From an uncultured Phycisphaerales bacterium (GTDB lineage: Bacteria; Planctomycetota; Phycisphaerae; Phycisphaerales; SM1A02), in NCBI GenBank assembly GCA_938084645.1, contig CALKEP010000008.1, forward strand, positions 1 through 64,000: a stretch of 64,000 nt of DNA, given 5' to 3'. The notes under the pieces were generated by a model. That model was not told the origin of the DNA, searched no databases, and was given only the letters and a program-made list of their open reading frames with translations. A program made the translations under genes and the position numbers. This document shows, in pieces, positions 37,093 to 46,727 of the stretch. Position 1 is the stretch's first letter. Each line of letters opens with the position of its first letter.

Positions 37093-38274
37093 ATGGGGCT
37101 CCGAACCGACCAACTCGATTTCGACCTCGATCCGGCCCTGGTGGCCGCGGCGCCCGTGTCGCCTCGTGATTCGGCGAGGATGCTGGTGGTCACCCTGCCT
37201 CCGGCCGACCTCGACGACGGTGCGTCACTCGACCTCGAACATCGCCGAATCGCGGATCTTCCCGAGTATCTCGAGGCGGGCGATCGACTCGTGCTCAACG
37301 AGACGAGGGTGGTGCCCGCCCGCATCCGAGGTCGCCGGGTCGACACGGGTGGGGGGCTCGAGGGGCTGCTGGCCGAATCCGCGGGCCTCGGCCGATGGTG
37401 GGCGATGCTTCGAAAGAGCCGTCGGCTCCGTCCGGGCCACGAGATCGACGTGCTCGATCACGGCGGTGCGTCGACGGGATTCCGGCTCCGGGTCGAGGAC
37501 ACCGATGACGCCGGCCGGGTCCTGGTCGCCCTCGTCGATCTCCGCGCCGGCGATGACGAAGATGCTCCGATCGGTCAGGCGACCATCGAGGCGTTCCGGG
37601 CGGACGCGGGGGAGATCCCGCTCCCGCCCTACATCCTCCACGCCCGCCGGGATCGAGGCCTGCCCGAGTCGGATCCGCACGATTCGGACTGGTACCAGAC
37701 GACGTTCGCCGCGGCCTCGGATCCCACCGCCTCGGTGGCCGCCCCCACGGCAGGACTGCATCTGACCGATGGACTCCGGCGGCGACTGGCGGATCGAGGG
37801 GTCGAGGAGATCCGGATCTCGCTCGAAGTCGGTGCGGGGACGTTCAAGCCGGTGGAGGTGGAGGAGCTTGACCGCCACCCCATGCACGAGGAACGGTGCC
37901 TGGTCACACCGGCGGCGGCGGCCGCGATCGGGCGGGCCGAGGCGGATCGAATCGCCGGATGTGGACGGATGGTCGCGGTCGGGACCACTGCGGTGCGGAC
38001 CCTGGAGTCGATGGCCCCGATCGACCGGCTTCCGGAGGCGGTGGACGGCCGGCACGACTGGCGGACGGACCTGCTCATCCAGCCGGGCCACGAATTCCGA
38101 CGCGTCGACGCGATGCTGACGAACTTCCACCTGCCTCGCTCCACCCTGCTCGCCCTGGTCGCGGCGATGGCCGGGCTCGAGCGCACCCGCGCGATCTACG
38201 CGGCGGCGATCGAGGCGCGGTACCGCTTCTTCAGCTACGGCGATGCGATGTTCGTGCGACGGCGAGTCGACTGA
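37093..38274 (+). CDS. queA: S-adenosylmethionine:tRNA ribosyltransferase-isomerase
   Basis: PLPPYI, YQTTFA, VAAPTAGLH, VGAGTF, TNFHLPRSTL and YRFFSYGDAM. Confidence 0.96.
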   Translation: MGLRTDQLDFDLDPALVAAAPVSPRDSARMLVVTLPPADLDDGASLDLEHRRIADLPEYLEAGDRLVLNETRVVPARIRGRRVDTGGGLEGLLAESAGLGRWWAMLRKSRRLRPGHEIDVLDHGGASTGFRLRVEDTDDAGRVLVALVDLRAGDDEDAPIGQATIEAFRADAGEIPLPPYILHARRDRGLPESDPHDSDWYQTTFAAASDPTASVAAPTAGLHLTDGLRRRLADRGVEEIRISLEVGAGTFKPVEVEELDRHPMHEERCLVTPAAAAAIGRAEADRIAGCGRMVAVGTTAVRTLESMAPIDRLPEAVDGRHDWRTDLLIQPGHEFRRVDAMLTNFHLPRSTLLALVAAMAGLERTRAIYAAAIEARYRFFSYGDAMFVRRRVD

Positions 38275-38348
38275 CCACCGACCGGCCCGGGGATTTCAGT
38301 CGGCGGCCACGAGTGGTCGATGCTACATCGACACCAACAGGGAAACCC

Positions 38349-39890
38349 ATGCCACGCCAGACGAGCCTTGGAGACCTGCTCGAGGATGCGGCGCTCGCCG
38401 GGACGATCCAGGTCGTCGCGGGGGACGCCGTCGGCGGTCGAATCACCGGGATCACCGAGGACAGCCGTCTCGTCGGGGACGGCGCGATGTTCGTGGCGCG
38501 TCCGGGAACGATGCACGACGGTGGCGACCACGTCGCCGATGCGATCGAACGCGGGGCCGGGGCGATTCTCGCGGTCCCGGCCGTGGCGACGGGCGTTCCG
38601 GCCCCGGTGGTGGGGATCGCGACGCCGGATCCCGCGAAGATCGGCGGTGACCTCGCCTTCCGATTCCACGGTCACCCGGAACGGCGGATGGGATTCGCCG
38701 GCATCACCGGGACCAACGGCAAGACCACGGTCGCGACGCTCGCCCGTCAACTGCTGGCCGCGACGCTCGGGCGTTGCGGCCTCGTCGGGACCATCGAGAC
38801 CCACGACGGGGTCGGGTCGACCCCGGCGACGCTCACCACGCCGGGCCGAATCACGCTCGCAGGCCTGCTCGGGGATTTCGCGGAGGCCGGGTGCGAGCGG
38901 GTCGTGATGGAGGCCTCCAGCCACGCGCTCGACCAGGGCCGGGTCGCGGACATCGACTTCGACGTCGCGGTCTTCACCAACCTCTCGGGCGACCATCTCG
39001 ACTACCACGGCGACATGGCGTCCTACGCGGCCGCGAAGGCCCGGCTCTTCGCGGGGCTGCGTTCGGATGCGACCGCGATCATCAATCTCGCCGATCCGGC
39101 GTCCGGGACGATGCTCGACGCCGGGCCGGCCCGCGTCATCGGCGTGGTCCCCGCCGGCGCCGCGGCGGACGTGCCCCATGGCGTTCGTTGTCTCGAACAC
39201 CGGATCATCGATCGCGACTTTTCAGGGATGACGCTCGAGCTCCGCTTCGACGCGGACGCGCATCGCGTCCGGATCCCGCTCGTGGGTGATCACAACGCCT
39301 TCAACGTCGCGGCGGCGGCGGGGATGGCGGTCGCCTTCGGGGCGGACTGGTCGGCGATCCTGGCGGCGTTGGAGACGGCCGAGGCCCCGCGGGGCCGCCT
39401 CCAGCCGGTTCACGGGTCGGCGGACGAGGTTCGCGTCTTCGTCGACTACGCCCATACCGACGACGCCATCGTGAACGTCCTCGCCGGCATCCGGCCCGAA
39501 GTCCCGTCCGACGCCGCGCTCGTCGTCGTCTTCGGCGCCGGGGGCGACCGGGATCGAACCAAACGCCCCCGCATGATGCATGCCGCGCTCGACGGGGCCG
39601 ACCGAGTCGTGGTGACGAGCGACAATCCTCGAACCGAACCGCCCGAGGCGATCGTGGCGGAGATCGTCGCGGCGTGCGATACGGACCGGCTGGACCGGAT
39701 CCATGCGGAGGTCGACCGGGCGCTGGCCATCGAGCATGCGATCGCCACCGCGGAGGCCGGCGACGTGATCGTGATCGCGGGCAAGGGACACGAGGACTAC
39801 CAGATCGTCGGTACGGAACGGCGTCACTTCGACGACGTGGAGGTGGCGGCCGCCGCCCTCGCCCGAAGACGCGGGGAGGCGATGCATTGA
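38349..39890 (+). CDS. murE: UDP-N-acetylmuramoyl-L-alanyl-D-glutamate--2,6-diaminopimelate ligase
   Basis: GITGTNGKTT, MEASSH, DHLDYH, VDYAHT, DNPR (meso-DAP specificity) and AGKGHE. Confidence 0.95.
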   Translation: MPRQTSLGDLLEDAALAGTIQVVAGDAVGGRITGITEDSRLVGDGAMFVARPGTMHDGGDHVADAIERGAGAILAVPAVATGVPAPVVGIATPDPAKIGGDLAFRFHGHPERRMGFAGITGTNGKTTVATLARQLLAATLGRCGLVGTIETHDGVGSTPATLTTPGRITLAGLLGDFAEAGCERVVMEASSHALDQGRVADIDFDVAVFTNLSGDHLDYHGDMASYAAAKARLFAGLRSDATAIINLADPASGTMLDAGPARVIGVVPAGAAADVPHGVRCLEHRIIDRDFSGMTLELRFDADAHRVRIPLVGDHNAFNVAAAAGMAVAFGADWSAILAALETAEAPRGRLQPVHGSADEVRVFVDYAHTDDAIVNVLAGIRPEVPSDAALVVVFGAGGDRDRTKRPRMMHAALDGADRVVVTSDNPRTEPPEAIVAEIVAACDTDRLDRIHAEVDRALAIEHAIATAEAGDVIVIAGKGHEDYQIVGTERRHFDDVEVAAAALARRRGEAMH

Positions 39891-41317
39891 TTCGAAGGCG
39901 CCTCCTCGAAATCGCCGACATCGTCGGCGGTCGTCCGGTCGGTGATCCGGCCCGCGATGGCCACGACGGGCTGCAAGATCCGGAAGTGCACGGGATCGGG
40001 ACGGACACCCGAACGACGCTGACCGGTCGGCTCTTCATCGCGATTCCCGGCGATCGCCATGACGGCCACGATCATCTGGAGGCGGCCCGGACCGCCGGGG
40101 CGACGGCGGCGCTCGTCGAATCCGGATACCTCGACCAGGGTGGCAGGATGCCCGAAGGCCTGCCGGGGATCGCGGTCGCCGAGATTCGCCCGGCCCTCGC
40201 GGCGCTCGCGCGAGATCACCGGCGTCGCCTCGACGGCGTCGTGATCGGGATCACCGGTTCCTCCGGCAAGACCACGATCCGTTCCATGGCGGAGCGCGTC
40301 CTCGCCGAACTCGGGCCGGGGACCGCGAGCATCCGCAGTTTCAACAACGACCTCGGCGTCCCGCTCACCATCCTCGAGGCCGACGAAGCCGATCGCTGGG
40401 TGCTGCTGGAGATCGGGACCAACGCCCCCGGCGAGATCGCGCATCTCGCCGAAATCGCCGATCCGACCATCTGCGTCCTCACCGGCGTGGGGCGGGCGCA
40501 CCTCGGCGGGTTCGGTTCGGAGGCCGCGATCGCCGCCGAGAAGTCGGCCCTGATCGACGCGGTCGCCGGAAACGCGGGCACCGCGATCGTCAATGCCGAT
40601 GCCGAGGTGATGGCGCCGGAGATCTCCGGTCGACGCGCGGCCGGCGCGTCGATCGTGACGTACGGTGAATCCGTCGCCGTCGATCGAAGTCTCGTGCACC
40701 GTTCGGTTCGACCGGGTGGCGGGCAGACGATCGACCTCGGTGACTTCAGGTGTGAACTGGGACTCGACGGTCGGCACAACGCGATCAACGCGATCGCGGT
40801 AGTCGAACTCGCTCGCTCGCTCGGTGTCGCCGATGCCGACATCGCCCGAAGGCTTGCGGAACTCGAGCCACCACCGATGCGGTTCGTCCGTCACGTGGTG
40901 GGTGGCGTCGAGATCGTCGATGACACCTACAACGCGAATCCCGAGTCGATGCGTGCGTCGCTCGAGACCTTCGCGGAGATCTCGAGCGCGGCGAACCGCC
41001 GAATCGCGGTGCTGGGCGGCATGCGGGAGCTCGGGACCCGGTCGACGGCGCTCCATGAAGCGGTCGGGGCGGTGGCGGCGAGGACGTTGGACGAGATCGT
41101 GGTGGTGGGTGGCGAGGACGCGGTCGCGATCGGCCGGGGGGCCCGCGACGCCGGGTTCGAGGGTGTGCTGCACGAGGTCGCGGACGGTGATGCGGCGACG
41201 GCCCTGCTCGCCGGGCAGATCTCGTTCGGAGATGCGATCCTGTTCAAGGGATCCCGTTCGGTTGGTTTGGAGAAGGTGGTCGTCTCGATTCTGGAATCCC
41301 TGGAGGCTCGCGGTTGA
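39887..41317 (+). CDS. murF: UDP-N-acetylmuramoyl-tripeptide--D-alanyl-D-alanine ligase
   Basis: DGHDH, GITGSSGKTT, SFNNDLGVPLT, DDTYNANPES and FKGSR; TTG start overlapping the murE stop. Confidence 0.94.
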   Translation: MIRRRLLEIADIVGGRPVGDPARDGHDGLQDPEVHGIGTDTRTTLTGRLFIAIPGDRHDGHDHLEAARTAGATAALVESGYLDQGGRMPEGLPGIAVAEIRPALAALARDHRRRLDGVVIGITGSSGKTTIRSMAERVLAELGPGTASIRSFNNDLGVPLTILEADEADRWVLLEIGTNAPGEIAHLAEIADPTICVLTGVGRAHLGGFGSEAAIAAEKSALIDAVAGNAGTAIVNADAEVMAPEISGRRAAGASIVTYGESVAVDRSLVHRSVRPGGGQTIDLGDFRCELGLDGRHNAINAIAVVELARSLGVADADIARRLAELEPPPMRFVRHVVGGVEIVDDTYNANPESMRASLETFAEISSAANRRIAVLGGMRELGTRSTALHEAVGAVAARTLDEIVVVGGEDAVAIGRGARDAGFEGVLHEVADGDAATALLAGQISFGDAILFKGSRSVGLEKVVVSILESLEARG

Positions 41318-42573
41318 TCTATCACCTCGTGGAATCGTTGAAGGGGCCGCTCGAGGAGACCGGCCTGATCCGCATCCTTCAAGTCGTCTTCCAGGTCGAG
41401 TTCCGCGCGTTCCTCGCGGTGCTCGTCTCGTTCGGACTGGTGCTTGCGTTCGGGCGTCCGGTCATCCGCTGGCTGCTTCGACAGAAGGTGGGGGACTCGC
41501 CGGAGTTCCACAACGCGGATCTCAACGATCTCATGCGGTCGCGGGCGGGCACGCCGACGATGGGGGGGATCCTGATCTGCGGCTCGATCCTGATCACGAT
41601 CCTGCTGCTCGCGGAGCTTCGAAGTCGCTACATCCACCTCGCGATCGCCGTGCTCGTCGCGTACTCGGTGCTCGGAATGTTCGACGACTGGCTGAAGCTC
41701 ACCTCCGCCCGGCGGACGCCGGGATCCCGGGACGGCCTGCTGCCGTGGGAGAAGCTCCTCTTCCAGCTCGGCCTCGCGGCCCTCTTTTCCTGGGTGATCT
41801 TCACCCAGGCCACGGTCAATCCCATCGGCGGGATCGGTGCCCAGGCGGAGATCTGGCAGGATTCCGCCCGGGTCCTCAACCTGCCGTTCCAGAAGACCTG
41901 GGACACGCCGGTGGAAGCCGACCCCTTCGCCGACGGCGGTGAGACGATGTTCGGACTCCCGTTGAATCCGGGCGTGATCGTGCTCGGGCTCGGCGGCTTC
42001 GTGGTGCTCGGCACCCTCGTGATCGCCGGCACCAGCAACGCCGTCAACATCTCGGACGGCATGGACGGACTCGCCGCGGGCGTGGTGGGCTTCGCGGCGG
42101 TCGCCTTCATGATCCTCGTGCACATCGCGGGAAGTCAGGTCGAAGCCCAGTCGCTGCTGGTGCCGCATGTTCCCGGGACCGCGGACCTGATGGTGGTGGC
42201 CGGCGCGATGATCGGCGCGTGCCTCGGGTTCCTCTGGTTCAACTCGAGCCCCGCGATGGTCTTCATGGGCGACACCGGAAGTCTCGCGCTCGGCGGGCTG
42301 CTCGGCTATCTCGCGGTCGCGATCCGCCAGGAGGCCCTGCTCGTCCTGATCGGGGGCATCTTCTTCCTCGAGATGGGAAGCGTGGTGCTGCAGGTGGGCT
42401 GGTTCAAGTTCACGAGGATTCGCACGGGCAAGGGGCGACGGCTCCTTCGCTGCAGTCCGATCCACCACCACTTCCATCTCGGCGGATGGAGCGAGCAACA
42501 GGTCGTGACCCGATTCTGGTTGATCACCATCGTGCTCTCGATGGCCGCGTTCGCCCTGGTGAAGCTGCGCTGA
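41314..42573 (+). CDS. mraY: Phospho-N-acetylmuramoyl-pentapeptide transferase
   Basis: GTPTMGG, FDDWLK, SNAVNISDGMDGL, FMGDTGS and PIHHHF. Confidence 0.96.
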   Translation: MIYHLVESLKGPLEETGLIRILQVVFQVEFRAFLAVLVSFGLVLAFGRPVIRWLLRQKVGDSPEFHNADLNDLMRSRAGTPTMGGILICGSILITILLLAELRSRYIHLAIAVLVAYSVLGMFDDWLKLTSARRTPGSRDGLLPWEKLLFQLGLAALFSWVIFTQATVNPIGGIGAQAEIWQDSARVLNLPFQKTWDTPVEADPFADGGETMFGLPLNPGVIVLGLGGFVVLGTLVIAGTSNAVNISDGMDGLAAGVVGFAAVAFMILVHIAGSQVEAQSLLVPHVPGTADLMVVAGAMIGACLGFLWFNSSPAMVFMGDTGSLALGGLLGYLAVAIRQEALLVLIGGIFFLEMGSVVLQVGWFKFTRIRTGKGRRLLRCSPIHHHFHLGGWSEQQVVTRFWLITIVLSMAAFALVKLR

Positions 42574-42585
42574 CCAGATCGCCCG

Positions 42586-43806
42586 TCAGTCCCCGGGCGA
42601 GCCGCGGTCGATGTCCACGATCGTCTCCGCCGACTCGACCGGGGACGGGTCGCGATGCTCGCGCAGGGCGTCGAGGAAGCCGCGGATGTCCGGCCAGAGC
42701 GGCGCCTCGAAGGGGCGTCGATCTCCGGAGATCGGATGATCGAACTCGAGTCGGGCCGCATGGAGGGCCTGCCGGGCCATCAGCGGCGCATCGCTCGATC
42801 GGCCGTCGGCTTCGGCGCTTTTCGGGACCACCGCCCGGCGAGGGAGCTTTCGACCGCCGTAGTAGTCGTCGCCGACGATCGGGTGGCCGATCTCGGAGAG
42901 GTGGATGCGGATCTGATGGGTGCGCCCGGTGAGGAGTTGGAGTTCCACGAGCGTGAAGCCGTCGTATCGCTCGCGGACGCGGTAGATCGTCCGGGCCTCC
43001 TTGCCGGCCTCGTCGTGACGGACGGCATAGCGGTCGAAGATCCGTGGGTGACGTCCGAGCGGAAGATCGATCAGGTCCTGATCGCGACGAACCACGCCGT
43101 GGACGATCGCGAGGTAGCGCTTGTCGACGGTGCGGGCCTGGAACTGGTGGCCGAGCCGCCAGTGGGCGGTGTCGGTCTTCGCGGCGACCATCGCGCCCGA
43201 CGTGAAGCGATCGAGTCGATGGACGATGCCGGGGCGGGCGAACTCCTCGCCGACCGAGGAGAGGCCTCCGGACGTCTCATGGCGGAACCGCCAGCTCAGG
43301 GCGTTCACGATGGTCCCCGATTTCATCGCCCGCGCGGGATGGGCGATGATGTCGGGCTGCTTGTTGAGGACGATCAGATGGTCGTCCTCGAACAGGACGT
43401 CGAGCGGGATGTTCTCGGGGGGGATCTCGTTCGAGGGCGGGGGTGGAAGCACCGCCTCGACCACGTCGCCGAGTCGCAGCCGCGTGCTCGCCTTCGGCCG
43501 ACGACCGTTGACGGTCACGGCGTCCTCATCGATGAGCCGTTGCAGGGCGGTCCGACTCATGAAGGGGATGCGATCGACCAGATAGCGATCGAGTCGCTTC
43601 TTGAGGTCCCGGGTCAGCTCGAGCCGGACCTGCACCGGCGTGTCGTCGTCGGATCGGGTCTCATGCTGGCGGTAGATCGCGTCGCGGTCCACCTTGCCGC
43701 CGGCGTCGAAGAGCCTGTCCTCGTCGCCGTCACCGGTCCCGTCCGAGGATTCGGGCGTGGGGGACGCGGGCGGAACGGCGTCATCGGAGTCGTCGCGGTC
43801 GGTCAC
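42586..43806 (-). CDS. RluA-family pseudouridine synthase with S4 domain (RluD-like)
   Basis: RLDRYL S4 domain, RPGIVHRLDRFTSG, TGRTHQIR and RQALHA. Confidence 0.92.
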   Translation of the reverse strand: MTDRDDSDDAVPPASPTPESSDGTGDGDEDRLFDAGGKVDRDAIYRQHETRSDDDTPVQVRLELTRDLKKRLDRYLVDRIPFMSRTALQRLIDEDAVTVNGRRPKASTRLRLGDVVEAVLPPPPSNEIPPENIPLDVLFEDDHLIVLNKQPDIIAHPARAMKSGTIVNALSWRFRHETSGGLSSVGEEFARPGIVHRLDRFTSGAMVAAKTDTAHWRLGHQFQARTVDKRYLAIVHGVVRRDQDLIDLPLGRHPRIFDRYAVRHDEAGKEARTIYRVRERYDGFTLVELQLLTGRTHQIRIHLSEIGHPIVGDDYYGGRKLPRRAVVPKSAEADGRSSDAPLMARQALHAARLEFDHPISGDRRPFEAPLWPDIRGFLDALREHRDPSPVESAETIVDIDRGSPGD

Positions 43807-44624
43807 GGGGCCGCGGGCGTCTCGGCGGTCTCCGCTTCGGGCGTCGGCTCGGCGGCGGCCGCATCGGGGGTCTCGGCCTCCGCGTCGTCCTCGGCCTCGA
43901 ACATCTCGAGCAGATCGTCCGCGGCGGGGATCGTGAAGGCTTCTTCCTCGCCGACCGCGATCACCGGGAGGTCGGCCTGCTTCGGAAGCGTCGAGTGGGC
44001 GGCGATGCCGTCGAGGTTCTCGAGTCGAGCGGACGCCTGTTCTGCCAGCGGGGGGTACTCCGGCATCGAGATCTCCGCCACTTGCTTGAGATGCGTTCGC
44101 GCCTCATCGAGCCGGCCGGCGCTTTCCGCGACCGCGGCTCGCCCGAAGAGGCCCGCGATCATCATCGGCTTGCCGGCGAATCCGGGTCGGGCCGAGGCGA
44201 GTTGGACCGCCTCGGCAAAGAACGCGTCCGCCTCCTGAAGCGTGCTCGCCTTGTCTTCGGGGGTCAGTTCGGCCCCTTCGTCACCTGCGGCGAGCCCGGG
44301 ACGCAGCCCGGACCTGGCCGACTGCAGGAGAATGTCCCCGGCGGTGAGGAACGAGAGTTCCGCGACGCCGTCGACGGCCGCGTGGGTGTCGGCGACGCCG
44401 CGAAGGGCGGCCGGACTCGTCGCGGAGGCGAGTTCGGTCCATGCCGTGTCGATCGCTTGATCCTGCTTGCGGTTCCACCAGTCCCACGCGAGGAATGCGC
44501 AGGCGACGAGCAGCAGCATGAGCAGGTAGTTCATGCCGGACGTCTTGAGCCAGGCCACGAACTCGTGATTGAGGCGGGAATCGGTCAGGTCGGTGGTCTG
44601 GACCTGCTTGAGACGATCGTCCAT
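43803..44624 (-). CDS. Membrane-anchored TPR-like protein (YfgM-like)
   Basis: Single TM followed by short helical repeats and an acidic tail; GTGA overlap with the RluA gene. Confidence 0.55.
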   Translation of the reverse strand: MDDRLKQVQTTDLTDSRLNHEFVAWLKTSGMNYLLMLLLVACAFLAWDWWNRKQDQAIDTAWTELASATSPAALRGVADTHAAVDGVAELSFLTAGDILLQSARSGLRPGLAAGDEGAELTPEDKASTLQEADAFFAEAVQLASARPGFAGKPMMIAGLFGRAAVAESAGRLDEARTHLKQVAEISMPEYPPLAEQASARLENLDGIAAHSTLPKQADLPVIAVGEEEAFTIPAADDLLEMFEAEDDAEAETPDAAAAEPTPEAETAETPAAP

Positions 44625-44761
44625 GGTCGGGGCGCTCCACACGGTGTCCAGTCCGTCGACCGACGACGGTGCTGGACCCCGCATGGTAGCACGCCCGCCG
44701 CCGGGTACGAGCGGCCTTCAGGATCGTGGAATCGCCGTTCCGAGTCCATCGAGGCACAGGC

Positions 44762-45745
44762 TCAGGCGAATCGGCGCAGACCCCGCTCAAGCCGATCGAG
44801 AGCCGCATCCAGGTACAGGGGGACCCCTTCGGTCCTCAGGAAGGCGGGGGCGCACGCGGCGATGAGGATCCGACGCAGATCCGCGAGTCGGGGGTGGTCC
44901 TCGTCCACCTCCAGCCCGAGTCGTCGTCGGGCGGCGGCCAGCAGTCGGACCGGGTTTCGTCCCTTCAGCCGTTCAGGCCGGGCCCAGTGCAGTCGCTCGA
45001 GGTAGACCGCGTCCTCCACCCAGTGTCCGGGTCGGACCTCGGCGAGATCGATCAGGACCACCGGGCCCGTTCCAGACTCGTCTCGGACCATGCCATTGGC
45101 GAGGTGAAGATCGCCATGGATCCACCCGATCGGAGCGCGATTCCGCCACTCCTCGACGAGGTCGTCGAAATCTCGGGCCACCGACTTCAGGATCTTCCGC
45201 CATCGAGTCGCTTGACTGATCTTCTGGCCACGCACCGCTTCGCGCGATCGCTTGAAAAGCTCCTCCCAGTCCTCCTGACGACTCGGACGGTCGATGGCGT
45301 GACCCGCGGCCGCGGCTTGGAAACGGGCCGCGGCATCGGTCATCCGAAGAATGTGGTCGTCTTCCCAGTGCGTGCCGAGCGGTCCGAAGGGCAGGTGTTC
45401 GATGACGACCCAGGCGAGCTCGTATCCACCGAGCGCCGCACCGGATGCGAAGAGTCTCGGAACGGGGAGCGGGGCGGTCGTGTCCTGAAGCCGGCCGAGC
45501 CAGCGATACTCCCGCTCGCTCACGGGAAGCTTGACCACCACCTCGACCTGCTGGCCCGTCGGCTCGGTCCATTTCGCCCGGCCGGTCGCGGCGCCGCTGC
45601 GCTGCCAGTCGGTTCGGAACCATCGGATCTCGCCCAGGCGTCCTTCGAGGGTCTCCCGGAGCACCGGGCCGAGGGCGTGGCCGAGGATCGTCCGGCGCTC
45701 GTCGCTCGAAATCGAGGCCGAGGTTTCTTCCGGGTCCGGAGTCAT
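44762..45745 (-). CDS. Aminoglycoside phosphotransferase/choline kinase-like kinase
   Basis: VVVK, IHGDLHLAN (Brenner motif) and VLIDL. Confidence 0.85.
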   Translation of the reverse strand: MTPDPEETSASISSDERRTILGHALGPVLRETLEGRLGEIRWFRTDWQRSGAATGRAKWTEPTGQQVEVVVKLPVSEREYRWLGRLQDTTAPLPVPRLFASGAALGGYELAWVVIEHLPFGPLGTHWEDDHILRMTDAAARFQAAAAGHAIDRPSRQEDWEELFKRSREAVRGQKISQATRWRKILKSVARDFDDLVEEWRNRAPIGWIHGDLHLANGMVRDESGTGPVVLIDLAEVRPGHWVEDAVYLERLHWARPERLKGRNPVRLLAAARRRLGLEVDEDHPRLADLRRILIAACAPAFLRTEGVPLYLDAALDRLERGLRRFA

Positions 45746-45844
45746 GCCCGTGAATCCTAGCACGCGGCTTTGACGGTCCGGGGTCACGGATCCCGTATGC
45801 TCCAACGCTCCTTTTCCACCTCCGGAAGACCGATTCCATCCACC

Positions 45845-46699
45845 ATGAAGCCCAGTCTCATCGCCATCGATCTCGACGGAACGCTGCTCACCCGGGCCGG
45901 GGTCTCCGACGCCGATCGCGACGCGATCAACGCGGCTCGCGACGCGGGCGTGGAGATCGTGATCGCGACCGGGAGATCCTGGTCGGAATCGCTCGAGGCG
46001 CTTCGGCCGCTCGAGGCGACCGGCCCGATGATCGCGGCGGGGGGAGCGCTGCTGCACGACGCGGCGACGGGTGAGACCATCGCGCGAAGCGTGGTGCATC
46101 CCGAGGTCGCCTCGGCGGTGGCGACGAACCTGCGTCGTCACGGTCACGTCGTCCATCTCCTCCAGGACGCTCCGGAAGCAGGATGCGACTACTGGATGAT
46201 CGGGAACGACGCCGTCAGCGAGGCGACCCGCTGGTGGTTCGAACGGCACGACGTGAACGCCCGCTGGGTCGAACATCTGGCCGACGTCCCGACGCTGGAG
46301 CACACCGTCCGCGTCGGGACCACCGCGGTCGGTTCGGTCCTGGGCCACGTGGTCGAGGAGATCCGTGAAGAACTCGGGGATCGCGTCGTGCTTCAGGCCT
46401 GGGAGGCGGTCGTCGAATCCGAGGTGGCCGGTGATCGCATCCATCTGCTCGAGGCGTTCGACCCCAGCGTGGACAAGTGGACGATGCTCGACTGGATCGC
46501 GCGGACGCGGGGGTTCGAGCGCGAGGCGGTGGTGGCCATCGGGGACGGCCTGAACGACGTGGGCATGGTGGGGAATGCGGGCGTCGGAATCGCGATGGAG
46601 AACGCCGATCCGCGGGTGGTCGCGGTCGCGGATCGACGAACCGGGCCGCCGGGAACCGGGGTGGGGGACGCGATTCGTCGACTGCTCGGGCACGACTGA
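45845..46699 (+). CDS. Cof-type HAD-IIB phosphatase
   Basis: IDLDGTLL, IATGRS, K motif and AIGDGLND..AMENA. Confidence 0.92.
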   Translation: MKPSLIAIDLDGTLLTRAGVSDADRDAINAARDAGVEIVIATGRSWSESLEALRPLEATGPMIAAGGALLHDAATGETIARSVVHPEVASAVATNLRRHGHVVHLLQDAPEAGCDYWMIGNDAVSEATRWWFERHDVNARWVEHLADVPTLEHTVRVGTTAVGSVLGHVVEEIREELGDRVVLQAWEAVVESEVAGDRIHLLEAFDPSVDKWTMLDWIARTRGFEREAVVAIGDGLNDVGMVGNAGVGIAMENADPRVVAVADRRTGPPGTGVGDAIRRLLGHD

Positions 46700-46727
46700 C
46701 CCGGTCCACGCCTCGTACAATCGATCC

